Positions 1-9,853 of a DNA stretch of 64,000 nucleotides are shown here, in pieces. Under the pieces are notes generated by a model, which did not search any database, was not told the DNA's origin, and saw nothing but the letters and a program-made list of their open reading frames with translations. The stretch lies in contig CAWDNP010000012.1 of assembly GCA_963803755.1 (NCBI GenBank), positions 111,307 to 175,306 on the forward strand. The letters run 5' to 3'. This stretch comes from an uncultured Solirubrobacterales bacterium (GTDB lineage: Bacteria > Actinomycetota > Thermoleophilia > Solirubrobacterales > 70-9). The position numbers and the translations under genes were made by a program. Position 1 is the first letter of the stretch; the number at the start of each line of letters is the position of its first letter.

Positions 1-1
1 C

Positions 2-403
2 GTCGGGATGCAGATCGACGACCCCGCCGGGCGCGTGCTGAGGGAAATCGAACCGCCGCCGCGCCGCCACGTCGATGTCAACCCGACCTTCCGGGCGGCG
101 ATCCTCGAAGGCATGCACGAGGCGGCGCAGAGCGCCGGCGGCACCTCCTACGCGGTCTTTGGCAACTTCCCGGTGCCGGTCGCGGGCAAGACCGGAACCG
201 CGGAACGGCTGCCCCATCGCGAACAGTCCTGGTACATCGTCCTGGCCCCGTACCCGAACCCGCGTATTGTCACTGCCGTGACGATCGAGGAAGGCGGCTT
301 CGGGGTCGAATCGGCGGCCCCCGCGGCGCTGCAGATCATGGAAGCCTATTACCACAAGCACGCTCGCGGAACGGCCGGGCCCAACGGCGGGAGCCCGGGC
401 TGA
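2..403 (+). CDS. mrdA: Penicillin-binding protein 2 (class B PBP transpeptidase), C-terminal fragment; 5' end outside window
   Basis: Frame is open to the window edge. Contains the KTG box (AGKTGTAE) and the C-terminal SWYIVLAPYPNPRIVTAVTIEEGGFG typical of PBP2. Stop TGA 401-403 overlaps the rodA ATG (TGATG). Confidence 0.75.
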   Translation, partial: VGMQIDDPAGRVLREIEPPPRRHVDVNPTFRAAILEGMHEAAQSAGGTSYAVFGNFPVPVAGKTGTAERLPHREQSWYIVLAPYPNPRIVTAVTIEEGGFGVESAAPAALQIMEAYYHKHARGTAGPNGGSPG

Positions 404-1599
404 TGTACGCGACCCGCGCCCGCCAGGCTCGCCCCGAGCCGTTCATCGCACGGCCCGGCATCATCGAGCGGCTCGGCCTGCCCTACATAGACCCAATGCT
501 GGCGCTGTCGGCGATCGCCCTGGTCGCCTTCAGTGCCTTCGTGCTGAGCCAGGCGACCCTTCATGACGTCCCCGGCAACCCCAACTACTACGTCGATCGC
601 CAGATCGTCTACGGCGTGCTCGGCATCGTCGGGATGCTGGCGTTGGCCCGCATCGACTACTCGCGCTTCCGCGAGCTGCGGGTCGGCATCTATACCTTCC
701 TCTTCGCCAGCATCGCGCTGATCTTCGTCTTCGGCATCGCAGCGCGCGGCTCGCGGCGCGCTTTCGAACTTCCCTTCTTCAGTTTCCAGCCATCTGAGCT
801 CGGCAAGCTCCTGCTCGTGCTTGCGCTCGCCGGGTTCGTAATCGATGGCGCCAGGCGCGGTTCTGCGAGGCAGCGCACGGTGCGCTACCTCTGTCTCGGC
901 CTGGCACCGGCTGCGCTCGTCTTCTTGCAGCCCGACCTCGGCACCTCACTGGTGTTCGCGGTCGCAACACTCGCCGTGATGTACTTCGGAGGCGTCCGCT
1001 GGACGCACTTCGCGATCATCGGCGGGGCCCTCGTCGCACTCATAACGCTGGTCCTTGTGGTGGCGCCCGCAGTCGGGACGCCGGTCCTGAAGGGCTATCA
1101 GGCAGATAGGCTGACCTCGTTCCTGCACCCCAGCCAGAACCCTCGCAACGCGGGCTACCAGCAGCACCAGGCACTGATCGCCATCGGCTCCGGGGAGAAA
1201 ACCGGGCGCGGCAATCAGGCCACCCAAACGGGGCTCGACTTCGTCCCTGAGCGGAGCACCGACTTCATCTTCGCGGTGATCGGTGAGCGCTACGGATTTG
1301 TCGGAGCCGCGTTCGTCCTGTCCCTATACGCCCTGCTGATCTGGCGGGCGCTGCGGATTGTGACGCTCTCGAAGAACTCCTATGGAACCCTCGTGGCGGG
1401 CGGCATCGCCGTCTCGCTGCTGTTCCAGGTTTTCGTCAACGTGGGGATGAACCTCGGGATCATGCCGATCACCGGGGTTCCCTTACCGCTGGTGAGCTAC
1501 GGAGGGTCCTCCGTGCTCGCGACGTTCCTAGCGGTGGGCGTTCTCCAGAGCATCCACATCCAAGCGCGGCTCAGCCAGAAGGGCAGGTTCGCCTGGTGA
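403..1599 (+). CDS. rodA: Rod shape-determining protein RodA (SEDS family, FtsW/RodA/SpoVE)
   Basis: 398-aa polytopic membrane ORF with SEDS signatures (LQPDLGT, DFIFAVIGERYGF, PITGVPLPLVSYGGSS). Start overlaps the PBP2 stop. Confidence 0.85.
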   Translation: MYATRARQARPEPFIARPGIIERLGLPYIDPMLALSAIALVAFSAFVLSQATLHDVPGNPNYYVDRQIVYGVLGIVGMLALARIDYSRFRELRVGIYTFLFASIALIFVFGIAARGSRRAFELPFFSFQPSELGKLLLVLALAGFVIDGARRGSARQRTVRYLCLGLAPAALVFLQPDLGTSLVFAVATLAVMYFGGVRWTHFAIIGGALVALITLVLVVAPAVGTPVLKGYQADRLTSFLHPSQNPRNAGYQQHQALIAIGSGEKTGRGNQATQTGLDFVPERSTDFIFAVIGERYGFVGAAFVLSLYALLIWRALRIVTLSKNSYGTLVAGGIAVSLLFQVFVNVGMNLGIMPITGVPLPLVSYGGSSVLATFLAVGVLQSIHIQARLSQKGRFAW

Positions 1600-1651
1600 C
1601 CCCTCGAAGAGGGACCGGCGAATGCGTACCTATCTGAACTGAGCTGACCAA

Positions 1652-3496
1652 ATGAAAAAGACAATCCTGGTTTCCGCCGACAGCGGCGAGACCCGCGTCG
1701 CCGTCCTCGAGTCAAAAGCGAAAGGAGGCAAACGCGACGTCGCCGAGCTCTATATAGAGCGCCGCGGCCGCCGCTCGATCGTCGGCAACATCTACAAGGG
1801 GAAGGTCGACAACGTCCTTCCCGGCATGGAGGCCGCCTTCGTCGACATAGGTCTCGAGCGCAACGGCTTCCTGCACGTCGACGAGATCGTCCTGCCGGGT
1901 GGCGAGCAGGCGCCGAAGCGCGGCCGGGGCACCGGGCGCCGCATCAACGAGCTGATCAAGCCCGGGCAGGAGATCGTCGTACAAGTGGTAAAGGATCCAT
2001 TGAAGACAAAGGGCGCCCGGCTCTCGATGAACGCCTCGATCGCCGGCCGCTACCTGGTTTACGCGCCGCAGGGAAGCGGCGTCGGGGTCAGCCGCCGGCT
2101 GAGCGACTCCGAGCGCGATCGCCTGCGCAAGATGGTCGATCGCACCTACAAGGGTCCCGGTGGTCTGATCGTCCGCACCGCCGCGCACGGGGCGAAGAAG
2201 TCCGACTTCGTGCGGGAGGTCGACTACCTGCACAAGCTCAACGACGTGCTCGAGCGGCGCACCGCAGAGACCAAGGCGCCCAACCTCCTCTTCCAGGAGG
2301 CCGACCTCCCGGTGCGGGTGCTGCGCGACGTCTTTCTCAGTGACTTCGAGAAGGCGATCATCGACTCCCGCAAGCAGTTTGACCGGGTCACCGGCTTCTT
2401 CCAGCGCACCGCGCCGGAGTTGGTCGACGGGGTCGAGCTCTACATTGACCGCAAGCCGCTGTTTGAGAAATGGGCGATCGACAGGGAGATCGAGTCGACG
2501 CTGAACCGCCGGGTCGACCTGCCTTCCGGCGGCTACCTGATCATCGACTACGCCGAGGCGCTGACCGTGATCGACGTCAACAGCGGCAGCTTCACCGGGC
2601 GCGGCAAAGGCGGCCTGGAGGAAACGATCACCAAGGTCAACACCGAGGCCGCCGAGGAGGTCGTGCGCCAGCTGCGGCTGCGCGACATCGGCGGGATCAT
2701 CGTCATCGACTTCATCGACATGGCCCGCGCCCGCAACCGCGACAAAGTCCTGAAGACGCTGCGCAAAGCGCTCGACGCCGACAAGTCGAAGAGCTATGTG
2801 GTCGAGGTATCGCCGCTGGGCCTGGTCGAGATGACCCGCCAGAACGTCACCGACGGGGTGCGGGAGATCCTCACCGCGCCGTGCCCGACCTGCGAAGGCG
2901 AGGGCGTCGTCCTCTCGGCTGAGACGGTGGCGCTGGAGGGCCTGCGCAAGCTGCGCGACATCGCCGCCGAGCACCCGGAGCCCGAGGCCTTCCTCCTGCG
3001 GGTCAACCCGAAAGCGGTGAGGGAGCTGACCGATCCCGACAGCGGGCTGGCCGAGCTGGAGGCCGAGACCGGCAAGCGGTTCCACTTCGAGGGCGGCGAC
3101 GCGCTGCCGATCGACACCTTCGACTTGGTCGAGTCGGGTAGCCGCGAGGAGATCGAGGAGCGGGCACTGCCGTTCAAAGTGGGCGAGGAGGTGTTGGTCA
3201 AGATCGACGAGCCGCACATGTACAACGCCGACGATGCGGTCGCTCGCATCGACTCCTACATCGTCAGCGTCACCGGCGGTGGGCGCTTCGTCGGGGAGCG
3301 GAAGCTGGTGCGTATCGAGGAGGTGGCGCGCTCCTCGGCTACCGCGTCACTGCCCGGTGTGGAGGCGCGCAACGGGGCCGGAGGGGGCGAGGAGGACAGC
3401 CCCGAGCTACACTCCGGCGCCTCGCGCAGCCGCAGCCGCGGCCGCAGGGGCGGTCGTGGGCGTTCGCGCGCCAACCAAGGCAGCAAGGACGAGTGA
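1652..3496 (+). CDS. rng: Rne/Rng-family endoribonuclease (RNase G/E-like)
   Basis: 614-aa ORF with an N-terminal S1 domain (VGNIYKGKVDNVLPGMEAAFVDIG), a catalytic segment (ALTVIDVNSGSFTG), a CPTCEGEG Zn-link and an Arg-rich C-terminal tail (SRSRSRGRRGGRGRSR). Confidence 0.85.
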   Translation: MKKTILVSADSGETRVAVLESKAKGGKRDVAELYIERRGRRSIVGNIYKGKVDNVLPGMEAAFVDIGLERNGFLHVDEIVLPGGEQAPKRGRGTGRRINELIKPGQEIVVQVVKDPLKTKGARLSMNASIAGRYLVYAPQGSGVGVSRRLSDSERDRLRKMVDRTYKGPGGLIVRTAAHGAKKSDFVREVDYLHKLNDVLERRTAETKAPNLLFQEADLPVRVLRDVFLSDFEKAIIDSRKQFDRVTGFFQRTAPELVDGVELYIDRKPLFEKWAIDREIESTLNRRVDLPSGGYLIIDYAEALTVIDVNSGSFTGRGKGGLEETITKVNTEAAEEVVRQLRLRDIGGIIVIDFIDMARARNRDKVLKTLRKALDADKSKSYVVEVSPLGLVEMTRQNVTDGVREILTAPCPTCEGEGVVLSAETVALEGLRKLRDIAAEHPEPEAFLLRVNPKAVRELTDPDSGLAELEAETGKRFHFEGGDALPIDTFDLVESGSREEIEERALPFKVGEEVLVKIDEPHMYNADDAVARIDSYIVSVTGGGRFVGERKLVRIEEVARSSATASLPGVEARNGAGGGEEDSPELHSGASRSRSRGRRGGRGRSRANQGSKDE

Positions 3497-3498
3497 GC

Positions 3499-3960
3499 AT
3501 GTACGCAGTGGTCGAAAGTGGTGGCAAGCAGTACAAGGTCGAGAAGGGAACCTCCCTGCTCGTCGACCGTCTCAGCGCGAAGGAGGGCGACAAGGTCGCC
3601 CTGCGGGCGGTGATGTTCCGCGACACCGAGGTCATTGCCGAGCCGAAAGAGCTGGAGAAGGTCAAGGTCGAGGCGACCGTCGCCGAGCATCTACGCGGGC
3701 CGAAGATCAAGGTCTTCAAATACAAGCCGAAGAAGGGCTACCGCCGCCGCGCCGGGCACCGCTCCGAGCTGACCAAGCTCGAGGTGACCGATCTCAAACT
3801 GGTGACCCGAAAAGCGGCGGAGAAAAAAGAGCCGGCGGAGGGGAAAGCAACTGTGGAGAAAAAAGCGGTTGCTAAAAAACCTGCCGAGAAGAAAGCCGCC
3901 GCCAGGAAACCGGCCGCGAAGAAACCCGCTGCGAAAAAGGAGGGCTCCGATGGCTCATAA
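3499..3960 (+). CDS. rplU: 50S ribosomal protein L21 with a Lys/Ala-rich C-terminal extension
   Basis: [17 protein letters not shown] is the canonical L21 N-terminus. ATG 3499 lies just after the RNase stop. About 50 extra residues ([22 protein letters not shown]) follow the L21 core. Confidence 0.9.
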   Translation: MYAVVESGGKQYKVEKGTSLLVDRLSAKEGDKVALRAVMFRDTEVIAEPKELEKVKVEATVAEHLRGPKIKVFKYKPKKGYRRRAGHRSELTKLEVTDLKLVTRKAAEKKEPAEGKATVEKKAVAKKPAEKKAAARKPAAKKPAAKKEGSDGS

Positions 3961-4201
3961 GAAGGGACTCGGCTCCAGCCGCAACGGGCGCGAATCCAAC
4001 CCCAACATGCTCGGGGTCAAGGTGTTCGCGGGGCAGAAGGTCTCCGGCGGCGAGATCATCGTGCGCCAGCGGGGGACTCGGTTCTGGCCCGGCGAGGGGA
4101 CCGGGCTGGGGCGGGATCACACGATCTTTGCGACGCGAGCCGGGACGGTTGACTTCAAACCGTCGCGGCGTGGGCGCAGCATCTCGGTTCTTAAGGACTA
4201 G
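3950..4201 (+). CDS. rpmA: 50S ribosomal protein L27
   Basis: [29 protein letters not shown]... is the canonical L27 sequence. ATG 3950 overlaps the rplU end; the upstream part of track ORF 3869..4201 is not L27. Confidence 0.9.
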   Translation: MAHKKGLGSSRNGRESNPNMLGVKVFAGQKVSGGEIIVRQRGTRFWPGEGTGLGRDHTIFATRAGTVDFKPSRRGRSISVLKD

Positions 4202-4210
4202 GGGGTCAAA

Positions 4211-4250
4211 GCGGGGAGAGGGGGCACCCGCCCTCTTACCCGCTTCTTTT
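4211..4250 (+). terminator. Putative intrinsic terminator or attenuator downstream of rpmA
   Basis: 12-bp GC-rich stem (4211-4222 pairs with 4231-4243; one G:U, one bulged A), 8-nt loop, then TTCTTTT (4244-4250). Confidence 0.5.
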
Positions 4251-4281
4251 CGCCGGGGTCCCCATACCCTCTCGGTAGCTG

Positions 4282-5577
4282 ATGTATGACAAGGCGAAGA
4301 TCTGGGTTGAGGGCGGCGCCGGCGGTAACGGGTGTGTGAGCTTTCGACGGGAGGCTCATGTGCCGAAGGGGGGGCCTGACGGTGGAGATGGCGGTCATGG
4401 CGGCGATGTCGTGCTCGTCTGCAACTCATCGCGGCGGGACCTCGGAGCGCTGAAGGGGAGCAGGCACTTCCGAGCCGATAGGGGCAGGCATGGGGAAGGC
4501 TCGAACCGGCATGGAGCTCGAGGTGAGGACCAGCTGATCCCGGTGCCCGCCGGCACTCAGGCGGTCACGGTGGATGGGAGCGCTGTGGACCTGGTCGAGG
4601 TTGGACAGCGGGCTGTGGTTGCGCAGGGGGGGCGTGGGGGGCATGGGAATAAGCGGTTCGCAACTTCGACTCGGCAGGCCCCGCGGTTCGCCGAGAAGGG
4701 GACCGGGGGGGAGGCGGGGTGGATCGAGTTACGGTTGAAGCTGCTGGCCGACGTGGGGTTGGTTGGACTGCCCAATGCGGGGAAGTCCTCGTTGCTGGGC
4801 CGGCTGACTCGGGCGGCGCCCAAGGTGGCCGACTATCCGTTCACGACGATCTCGCCGGTGCTGGGGACGATCGATGGAGACGATCGACAGGCCGTAGTTG
4901 CCGACATCCCTGGTTTGATCGAGGGGGCGGCGGAGGGAGCTGGGCTCGGGCACGAGTTCCTCGCTCACATCGAGCGCTGCTCGATGCTCGTCCACCTGGT
5001 CGATCTGGCGCCGCTGGAGGGAGAGCCGGAGTCAAGCTATGAGGCCGTTCAGAGGGAGCTGTCGTCTTACGGTGCCGGGCTCGACAGACTGCCGGAGCTG
5101 GTCGTGCTCTCCAAGCGCGATTTGCTCGCCGCGGATCGGGTCAGGTCGGCTGTGGAGGAGTGGAAGGCGCGGCTGGGGGGCCGGGTCCTCGGCGTTCTGG
5201 CGGTCTCCTCGGCGACGGGCGAGGGGTTGGATGAGCTGCGGCAGCGGATCCTCTTCGCGCTGCCAGAGGTCCCGACTCGGGTCGAGACCCTGGGCGAGCC
5301 CGCAGGCGAGTTCGAGGCCGAGCACCGGGTCTACAATCCGGCCGGCGAGGGTGGCTATCGGGTTGAGCGCGAGGAGAACGGCGGCTTCCGAGTCCTCGGC
5401 CGCGGCGTTGAGCTGCTCTTCGAGCGCCATGACATCTCCAACGAAGAGGCGCTTGCCTACTTGGAGCAGAGACTGGGTGAGATCGGCGTGATCGCGGCGC
5501 TGAGGAAGGCCGGCTTTAAGCCGGGTGACGACGTGCGCGTTGGCGACCAGGAGTTCGAACTGCATCCCGGTTCCTAG
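4282..5577 (+). CDS. obg: GTPase Obg/CgtA
   Basis: Gly-rich Obg fold (GGAGGNGCVSFRRE, GGDGGHGGDV), G motifs (GLPNAGKSS, DIPGLIEGA, SKRD) and a C-terminal OCT/TGS-like domain. Confidence 0.9.
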   Translation: MYDKAKIWVEGGAGGNGCVSFRREAHVPKGGPDGGDGGHGGDVVLVCNSSRRDLGALKGSRHFRADRGRHGEGSNRHGARGEDQLIPVPAGTQAVTVDGSAVDLVEVGQRAVVAQGGRGGHGNKRFATSTRQAPRFAEKGTGGEAGWIELRLKLLADVGLVGLPNAGKSSLLGRLTRAAPKVADYPFTTISPVLGTIDGDDRQAVVADIPGLIEGAAEGAGLGHEFLAHIERCSMLVHLVDLAPLEGEPESSYEAVQRELSSYGAGLDRLPELVVLSKRDLLAADRVRSAVEEWKARLGGRVLGVLAVSSATGEGLDELRQRILFALPEVPTRVETLGEPAGEFEAEHRVYNPAGEGGYRVEREENGGFRVLGRGVELLFERHDISNEEALAYLEQRLGEIGVIAALRKAGFKPGDDVRVGDQEFELHPGS

Positions 5578-5590
5578 ACTTGCTCGGGCC

Positions 5591-6679
5591 ATGACCCTCG
5601 TCGTCAAGCTGGGCTCCTCGATCGTCGCCGCCGACGACGGCGAGCTGCGCGTCGAGGTACTCGACTCGGTTTGCGCCCAGGTGGCAGCGCTCGAGCAGCA
5701 GGGCGAGCGGGTCGTGATGGTTACCTCGGGGGCGATTGCCCGGGGGATGCGGTTGATGGAGCTGGGGGCTCGTCCGCGGGCGATGGATGAGCTCCAGGCG
5801 GCTTCGGCGATCGGCCAGGGCGACCTCTTCCGCGCCTACGAAAGCCGCCTTGCGCAGCGCGGCACCCGTGCCGCGCAGGTGCTGCTGACCGCCGCCGACA
5901 TCGCCGCTCGCACCAACTACCTCAACGCTCGCCAAACCCTGCGGCGGCTGATCGAGTGGAATGTGGTGCCGGTCATCAACGAGAACGACACCACCGCCAC
6001 CGATGAGATCACCTTCGGCGACAACGATTTTCTCGCCGCCCAGGTGGCCGTCCTTCTCGACGCCCGCCTGCTCGTCCTGCTCACCGACATCGACGGCCTC
6101 CACACCGCCGACCCGCGCATCCAGCCGGATGCGGAGTTGGTTACTGAGGTCGAGGACTTCTCCCGGCTATCGGGCCTGGAGATCGGCGATCGTACGTCGG
6201 CCTATGGGTCTGGCGGCATGCGCAGCAAGGTCGCCGCGGCGGAGATGGCAAGCGAGGCCGGCATTCCGACCGTGATCTGCAATGGCACCTGCGAGGGCAC
6301 CCTCACCGCCGCGGCGAGCGGGAAAGCTGGGGGAACCAGCTTCCCCGCCCAACCGTCGACGGTGTCCAGCTTCAAGCTCTGGCTCAAGTACGCGAAGCCG
6401 ACCCACGGAAGGCTGGTGGTCGATGCGGGTGCGGCACGTGTGCTGCGCGAGAGCGGCTCGAGTCTCCTGCCAGTTGGGATCGTGGGCGTCGAGGGCGAGT
6501 TCGCCGCCGGAGATGCGGTCGAGGTGGCGGCAGACGGAGCGGTGATCGGCAAGGGGATAGCGGACTATTCCGCCAGTGAGCTGTCCCGCGTGATCGGCAT
6601 GAAAAGTGAGCAGGTAAGAGAGCTGCTCCCGCACGCGGCGGATGAGGTGGTCCACCGCGACCGCTTCGTGCTCGTGTAG
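5591..6679 (+). CDS. proB: Glutamate 5-kinase
   Basis: MTLVVKLGSSIV... start at ATG 5591, internal to track ORF 5525..6679. Has the amino-acid kinase fold and a C-terminal PUA domain (GRLVVDAGAARVL...GDAVEV). Confidence 0.9.
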   Translation: MTLVVKLGSSIVAADDGELRVEVLDSVCAQVAALEQQGERVVMVTSGAIARGMRLMELGARPRAMDELQAASAIGQGDLFRAYESRLAQRGTRAAQVLLTAADIAARTNYLNARQTLRRLIEWNVVPVINENDTTATDEITFGDNDFLAAQVAVLLDARLLVLLTDIDGLHTADPRIQPDAELVTEVEDFSRLSGLEIGDRTSAYGSGGMRSKVAAAEMASEAGIPTVICNGTCEGTLTAAASGKAGGTSFPAQPSTVSSFKLWLKYAKPTHGRLVVDAGAARVLRESGSSLLPVGIVGVEGEFAAGDAVEVAADGAVIGKGIADYSASELSRVIGMKSEQVRELLPHAADEVVHRDRFVLV

Positions 6680-6777
6680 ATCGGCGGGGATCAGAGGCGT
6701 TCCGGGCTCTTGCCCACCCGTCGTCTCCACCGGAGGGGTCCTAGGGCTCCAGCTACCCTTCATCCCTAGTGGCAGTG

Positions 6778-8033
6778 ATGACTACCACCGTTTCGGAGAC
6801 CTGCGCCGTCGCCAAGCGAGCGGCGCTAGCCCTCGCCGCTGCCCCCCCGAGGCCAAGGATGCCGCGTTGGAGGCGACGGCGCAGTTGCTCGAGGAGCGAG
6901 GCACCGAGGTCCTGGAAGCCAATGCGGCCGATCTCGCCGACGAGCGGGCCGCTGGGCTGAGCGAGGCGTTGCGGGACAGGTTGGCACTGACCGAGGCGCG
7001 GGTGGCGGCGATGGCTGAGGGGGTGCGGGCGATCGCTGCGCTGGAGGACCCGGTCGGCGAGGAGCTGGAGCACCGGACGCTGGCGAGTGGGATCGACCTG
7101 CGGAAGGTGAGGGTGCCGCTCGGGGTGGTCGCGGTGGTCTATGAGGCGCGGCCGAACGTGACGATCGACTGCGCTGCGCTGACGATCAAGAGCGGGAACG
7201 CGATCGTGCTGCGGGGGTCGAGCTATGCGGAGCGATCGAACGGGGCGCTGGCGGCGATCGTTCGCGAGGCGCTCGCCACGGGGGGACTGCCGCAGGATGC
7301 TGTGTCGCTGCTCGCGGGCGGCGGTCGGGAGGATCTGGCCGAGCTGGCGACCCAGGACGGCGTTGTCGACCTGCTGATCCCGCGTGGTGGCGAGGGGCTG
7401 AAGGCGGCGCTGAAGGACGTGGCGACGGTGCCGGTGATGTACGCGGCAGCCGGGAACTGCCACGTGTACGTGCATACCGGCGCCGATCTCGAGATGGCGC
7501 GGCGGATTGTGGTCAACGCAAAGGTGCAGCGGCCCGGGGTCTGCAACGCGGCGGAGACGCTGCTGGTCGACGCGGCCGTTGCCGAGAGCTTCCTCCCTGC
7601 TGTCCTCGCCGACCTGCGCGAGGGCGGGGTCGAGCTGGTCGGAGACGAGCGGGTGGGCGGGTTGGCAGTCGGTGTCGAGGTCGGTCCCGCCACAACCGAG
7701 GACTGGGACACCGAGTACCTCGACCTGAAGATGGCGGTGGGAGTGGTCGACTCCCTCGACGCGGCGGTCGATCACATAAACCGGCACGGCACCGGCCACT
7801 CCGAGGCGATCGTCACCTCCTCGGCGCAGGCGGCGGAGCGCTTCGTCGCCGGGGTCGACGCGGCCGCCGTCTACGTCAACGCCTCGACCCGCTTCACCGA
7901 CGGCTTCGAGTACGGGATGGGCGCCGAGATCGGCAACTCGACCCAGAAGTTGCACGCCCGGGGGCCGATCGGGCTGCGCGAGCTGACGACCTTCAAGTAC
8001 GTGGCTCACGGCGACGGCCAGGTGCGTGAGTAG
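6778..8033 (+). pseudogene. proA: Gamma-glutamyl phosphate reductase, reading frame broken as sequenced (one C apparently missing in a C7 run at 6842-6848)
   Basis: The conserved N-terminus MTTTVSETCAVAKRAALALAAAP lies in the frame of ORF 6769..6960. The rest (EAKDAALEATAQLLEERG ... to stop 8033) lies in the frame of ORF 6642..8033. An eighth C would join them as ...ALAAAPPEAKDAAL.... Confidence 0.85.
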
Positions 8034-8633
8034 CCCCCCCGCCGGCATCGGCGTCCTCGGCTCGGCGTTCAACCCGCCGCACCTCGGCCACCTGGCGCTC
8101 GCCCAGGAGGCGCTCTGGCAGCTCGGCCTGAGCGAGGTGGTCCTGGTCCCGACCGGGGAGGCTCCGCACAAGCGGATCGTTGATGACCCGGGGCGCGAGT
8201 TGCGGCTTGCGATGACCCGGCTCGCGGCGGCCGATGACCCGCGGTTCTCCGTCTCCACCCTGGAGGTCGAGCGCGAGGGGCCGTCCTATACGTATGAGAC
8301 GTTGGAGCTGTTTGGGCGAGAGAGAGGCGACACGGAATTGGTGTTCGTGATGGGGGCGGACGCCGCCGTGGGCCTGGAGAGCTGGCGCGAGCCACGGCGG
8401 GTGGTCGAGCTGGCGCGGCTGGCGATCGCCCGGCGGGCAGGAGTCGCCGACGCCGAGGTCGGGGCGGTGCTGCGCAGCCTTGGCGCCGCAGACCGGGCGA
8501 CGATGCTGGAGATGCCGCAGTTCGGCGTTCCTCCTCGGCGGTGCGGGAGCGCGCGGCCGCGAGCCGGCCGCTGCGCTACCTAGTTCCCGAGGCGGTGGCT
8601 CGGTTCATCGAGGAGAAGGGGATGTACGCGTGA
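8026..8633 (+). pseudogene. nadD: Nicotinate-nucleotide adenylyltransferase, frame broken as sequenced near 8527-8529
   Basis: N-terminal GVLGSAFNPPHLGHL (HxGH) to ...MLEMPQFGV is in one frame. The conserved C-terminus SSSAVRERAAASRPLRYLVPEAVARFIEEKGMYA* is in the -1 frame and ends at TGA 8631-8633, overlapping the rsfS GTG (GTGA). Confidence 0.85.
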
Positions 8634-9019
8634 GTGGTCTGGCCTCTGAGGCGCTGGCGCGGCGGCTGGCGGAGCTGGCCGACTCCAAACAGGCCGATGA
8701 GGTCGTTGTCCTCGACATGCGCGACCTCGTCTCCTACACCGACTTTCTGGCGATCTGTACGGCCCGCAACGAGCGCCAGGCGCGGGCGATCGTCGAGGAG
8801 GTGAGGCTGCGGGCGAAGCAGGAGCTGGGTGTCCTGCCGGGCGGCATTGAGGGCGCCGGAGATGCCGGTTGGATCGTGCTCGACTTCTTCGACTGCGTGC
8901 TCCATGTCTTCACCGCCGAGGAACGGGAGCGCTACCAGCTCGAGGACCTCTGGCGCGAGGCGCCGAGCTTGGAGCTGGGCTTGGGCGCGCCCGAGGCGTC
9001 GCCGGCAGCCGGCGCCTGA
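8630..9019 (+). CDS. rsfS: Ribosome silencing factor RsfS (Iojap family)
   Basis: VVVLDMRDLVSYTDFLAICTARNERQARAI...WIVLDFFDCVLHVFTAEERERYQLEDLW is the typical RsfS core. GTG 8630 start is inferred from the overlap with the nadD stop. Confidence 0.85.
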   Translation: MSGLASEALARRLAELADSKQADEVVVLDMRDLVSYTDFLAICTARNERQARAIVEEVRLRAKQELGVLPGGIEGAGDAGWIVLDFFDCVLHVFTAEERERYQLEDLWREAPSLELGLGAPEASPAAGA

Positions 9020-9026
9020 TGCCTGT

Positions 9027-9046
9027 CCGAACACCAGTTCGGTTTT
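9027..9046 (+). terminator. Putative intrinsic terminator after rsfS
   Basis: CCGAAC-acca-GTTCGG perfect 6-bp hairpin followed by TTTT (9043-9046), 8 nt after the rsfS stop. Confidence 0.55.
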
Positions 9047-9095
9047 GGGGGACCGACGCGAAATGCCGTCCGAGGGCCCCCATACGGTGCCGCGC

Positions 9096-9845
9096 ATGGG
9101 TAGCTTCAAGAGGGTCCTCCTCGGCTACCGCCGCCCCGATGTGGACGCGGCAATTTCGGCACGGGAAACGCGGATCTGGGCGCTCGCTCGCGATGTGGAG
9201 GACGCCCTGACGCGGTGGCGAGGTGCAGCCGAGGTGGCCGCCCGGGCGGAGCAGGAGCTGGCTGCGCTCTACGGCATGGTGATCGAGCGTGAGCGGGAGA
9301 TCCACAGTCTCGGCGAGCGGCTGCGCGAGGCTAACGAGCGCCACGACCGCAGCATCGCCTCGCTGGAGGTGGTCTCGACGCGGCTGGAGGAGATCCAGGC
9401 GCAGGCGCGCGGCCAGGCGACTCGGATCCGGATGAAGGCGCTGCGCGATGCGGTTGAGGTGAGCCGCCGCGCGCAGGAGTTGAGCGACGCGCAGCAGCCG
9501 TCGGCTACGGACGACGCGGCGCCGAGCGCAAATGGTCATGTCGAGCCTGGGCCGCTGGGCCTTTTCGAGGGGCTGGTCAAGGTCGAGATCGGCCCGCTCG
9601 GTGACTTCTCCCAGCTGGTCGGCTTCGAGGACGCGGCGGGTCAAATCGACGCCACCTCAGAGATCTCGGTCGAACGCTTCTCCGAGGGCCGCGCCACGCT
9701 CTCTATGCGCCTTAACGAACCGGTCGAGCTGCTCCGCGAGCTGGAGGCCCGCTCGCCCCTCGGCTTCCACGTCCGCCACACCGCGGCCGACAACCTGATC
9801 CTCGACATAGACGAGGACCAGGGCCCCGAGCAGCGGGCCGCTTAG
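9096..9845 (+). CDS. DivIVA-domain protein (coiled-coil cell-division or polarity factor-like)
   Basis: N-terminal FKRVLLGYRRPDVDAAI matches the DivIVA motif (F..RGY...VD.F), followed by a long coiled-coil region. Start is ATG 9096 or 9063. Confidence 0.65.
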   Translation: MGSFKRVLLGYRRPDVDAAISARETRIWALARDVEDALTRWRGAAEVAARAEQELAALYGMVIEREREIHSLGERLREANERHDRSIASLEVVSTRLEEIQAQARGQATRIRMKALRDAVEVSRRAQELSDAQQPSATDDAAPSANGHVEPGPLGLFEGLVKVEIGPLGDFSQLVGFEDAAGQIDATSEISVERFSEGRATLSMRLNEPVELLRELEARSPLGFHVRHTAADNLILDIDEDQGPEQRAA

Positions 9846-9853
9846 CACGGGCA

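Noticed and set aside
6842-6848. Programmed ribosomal frameshifting at the proA C7 tract as a regulatory device.
   Set aside because: Nine other unrelated genes in the same 64 kb carry similar plus-or-minus 1 breaks without shared slippery motifs, so a generic indel-error process explains all of them more simply.
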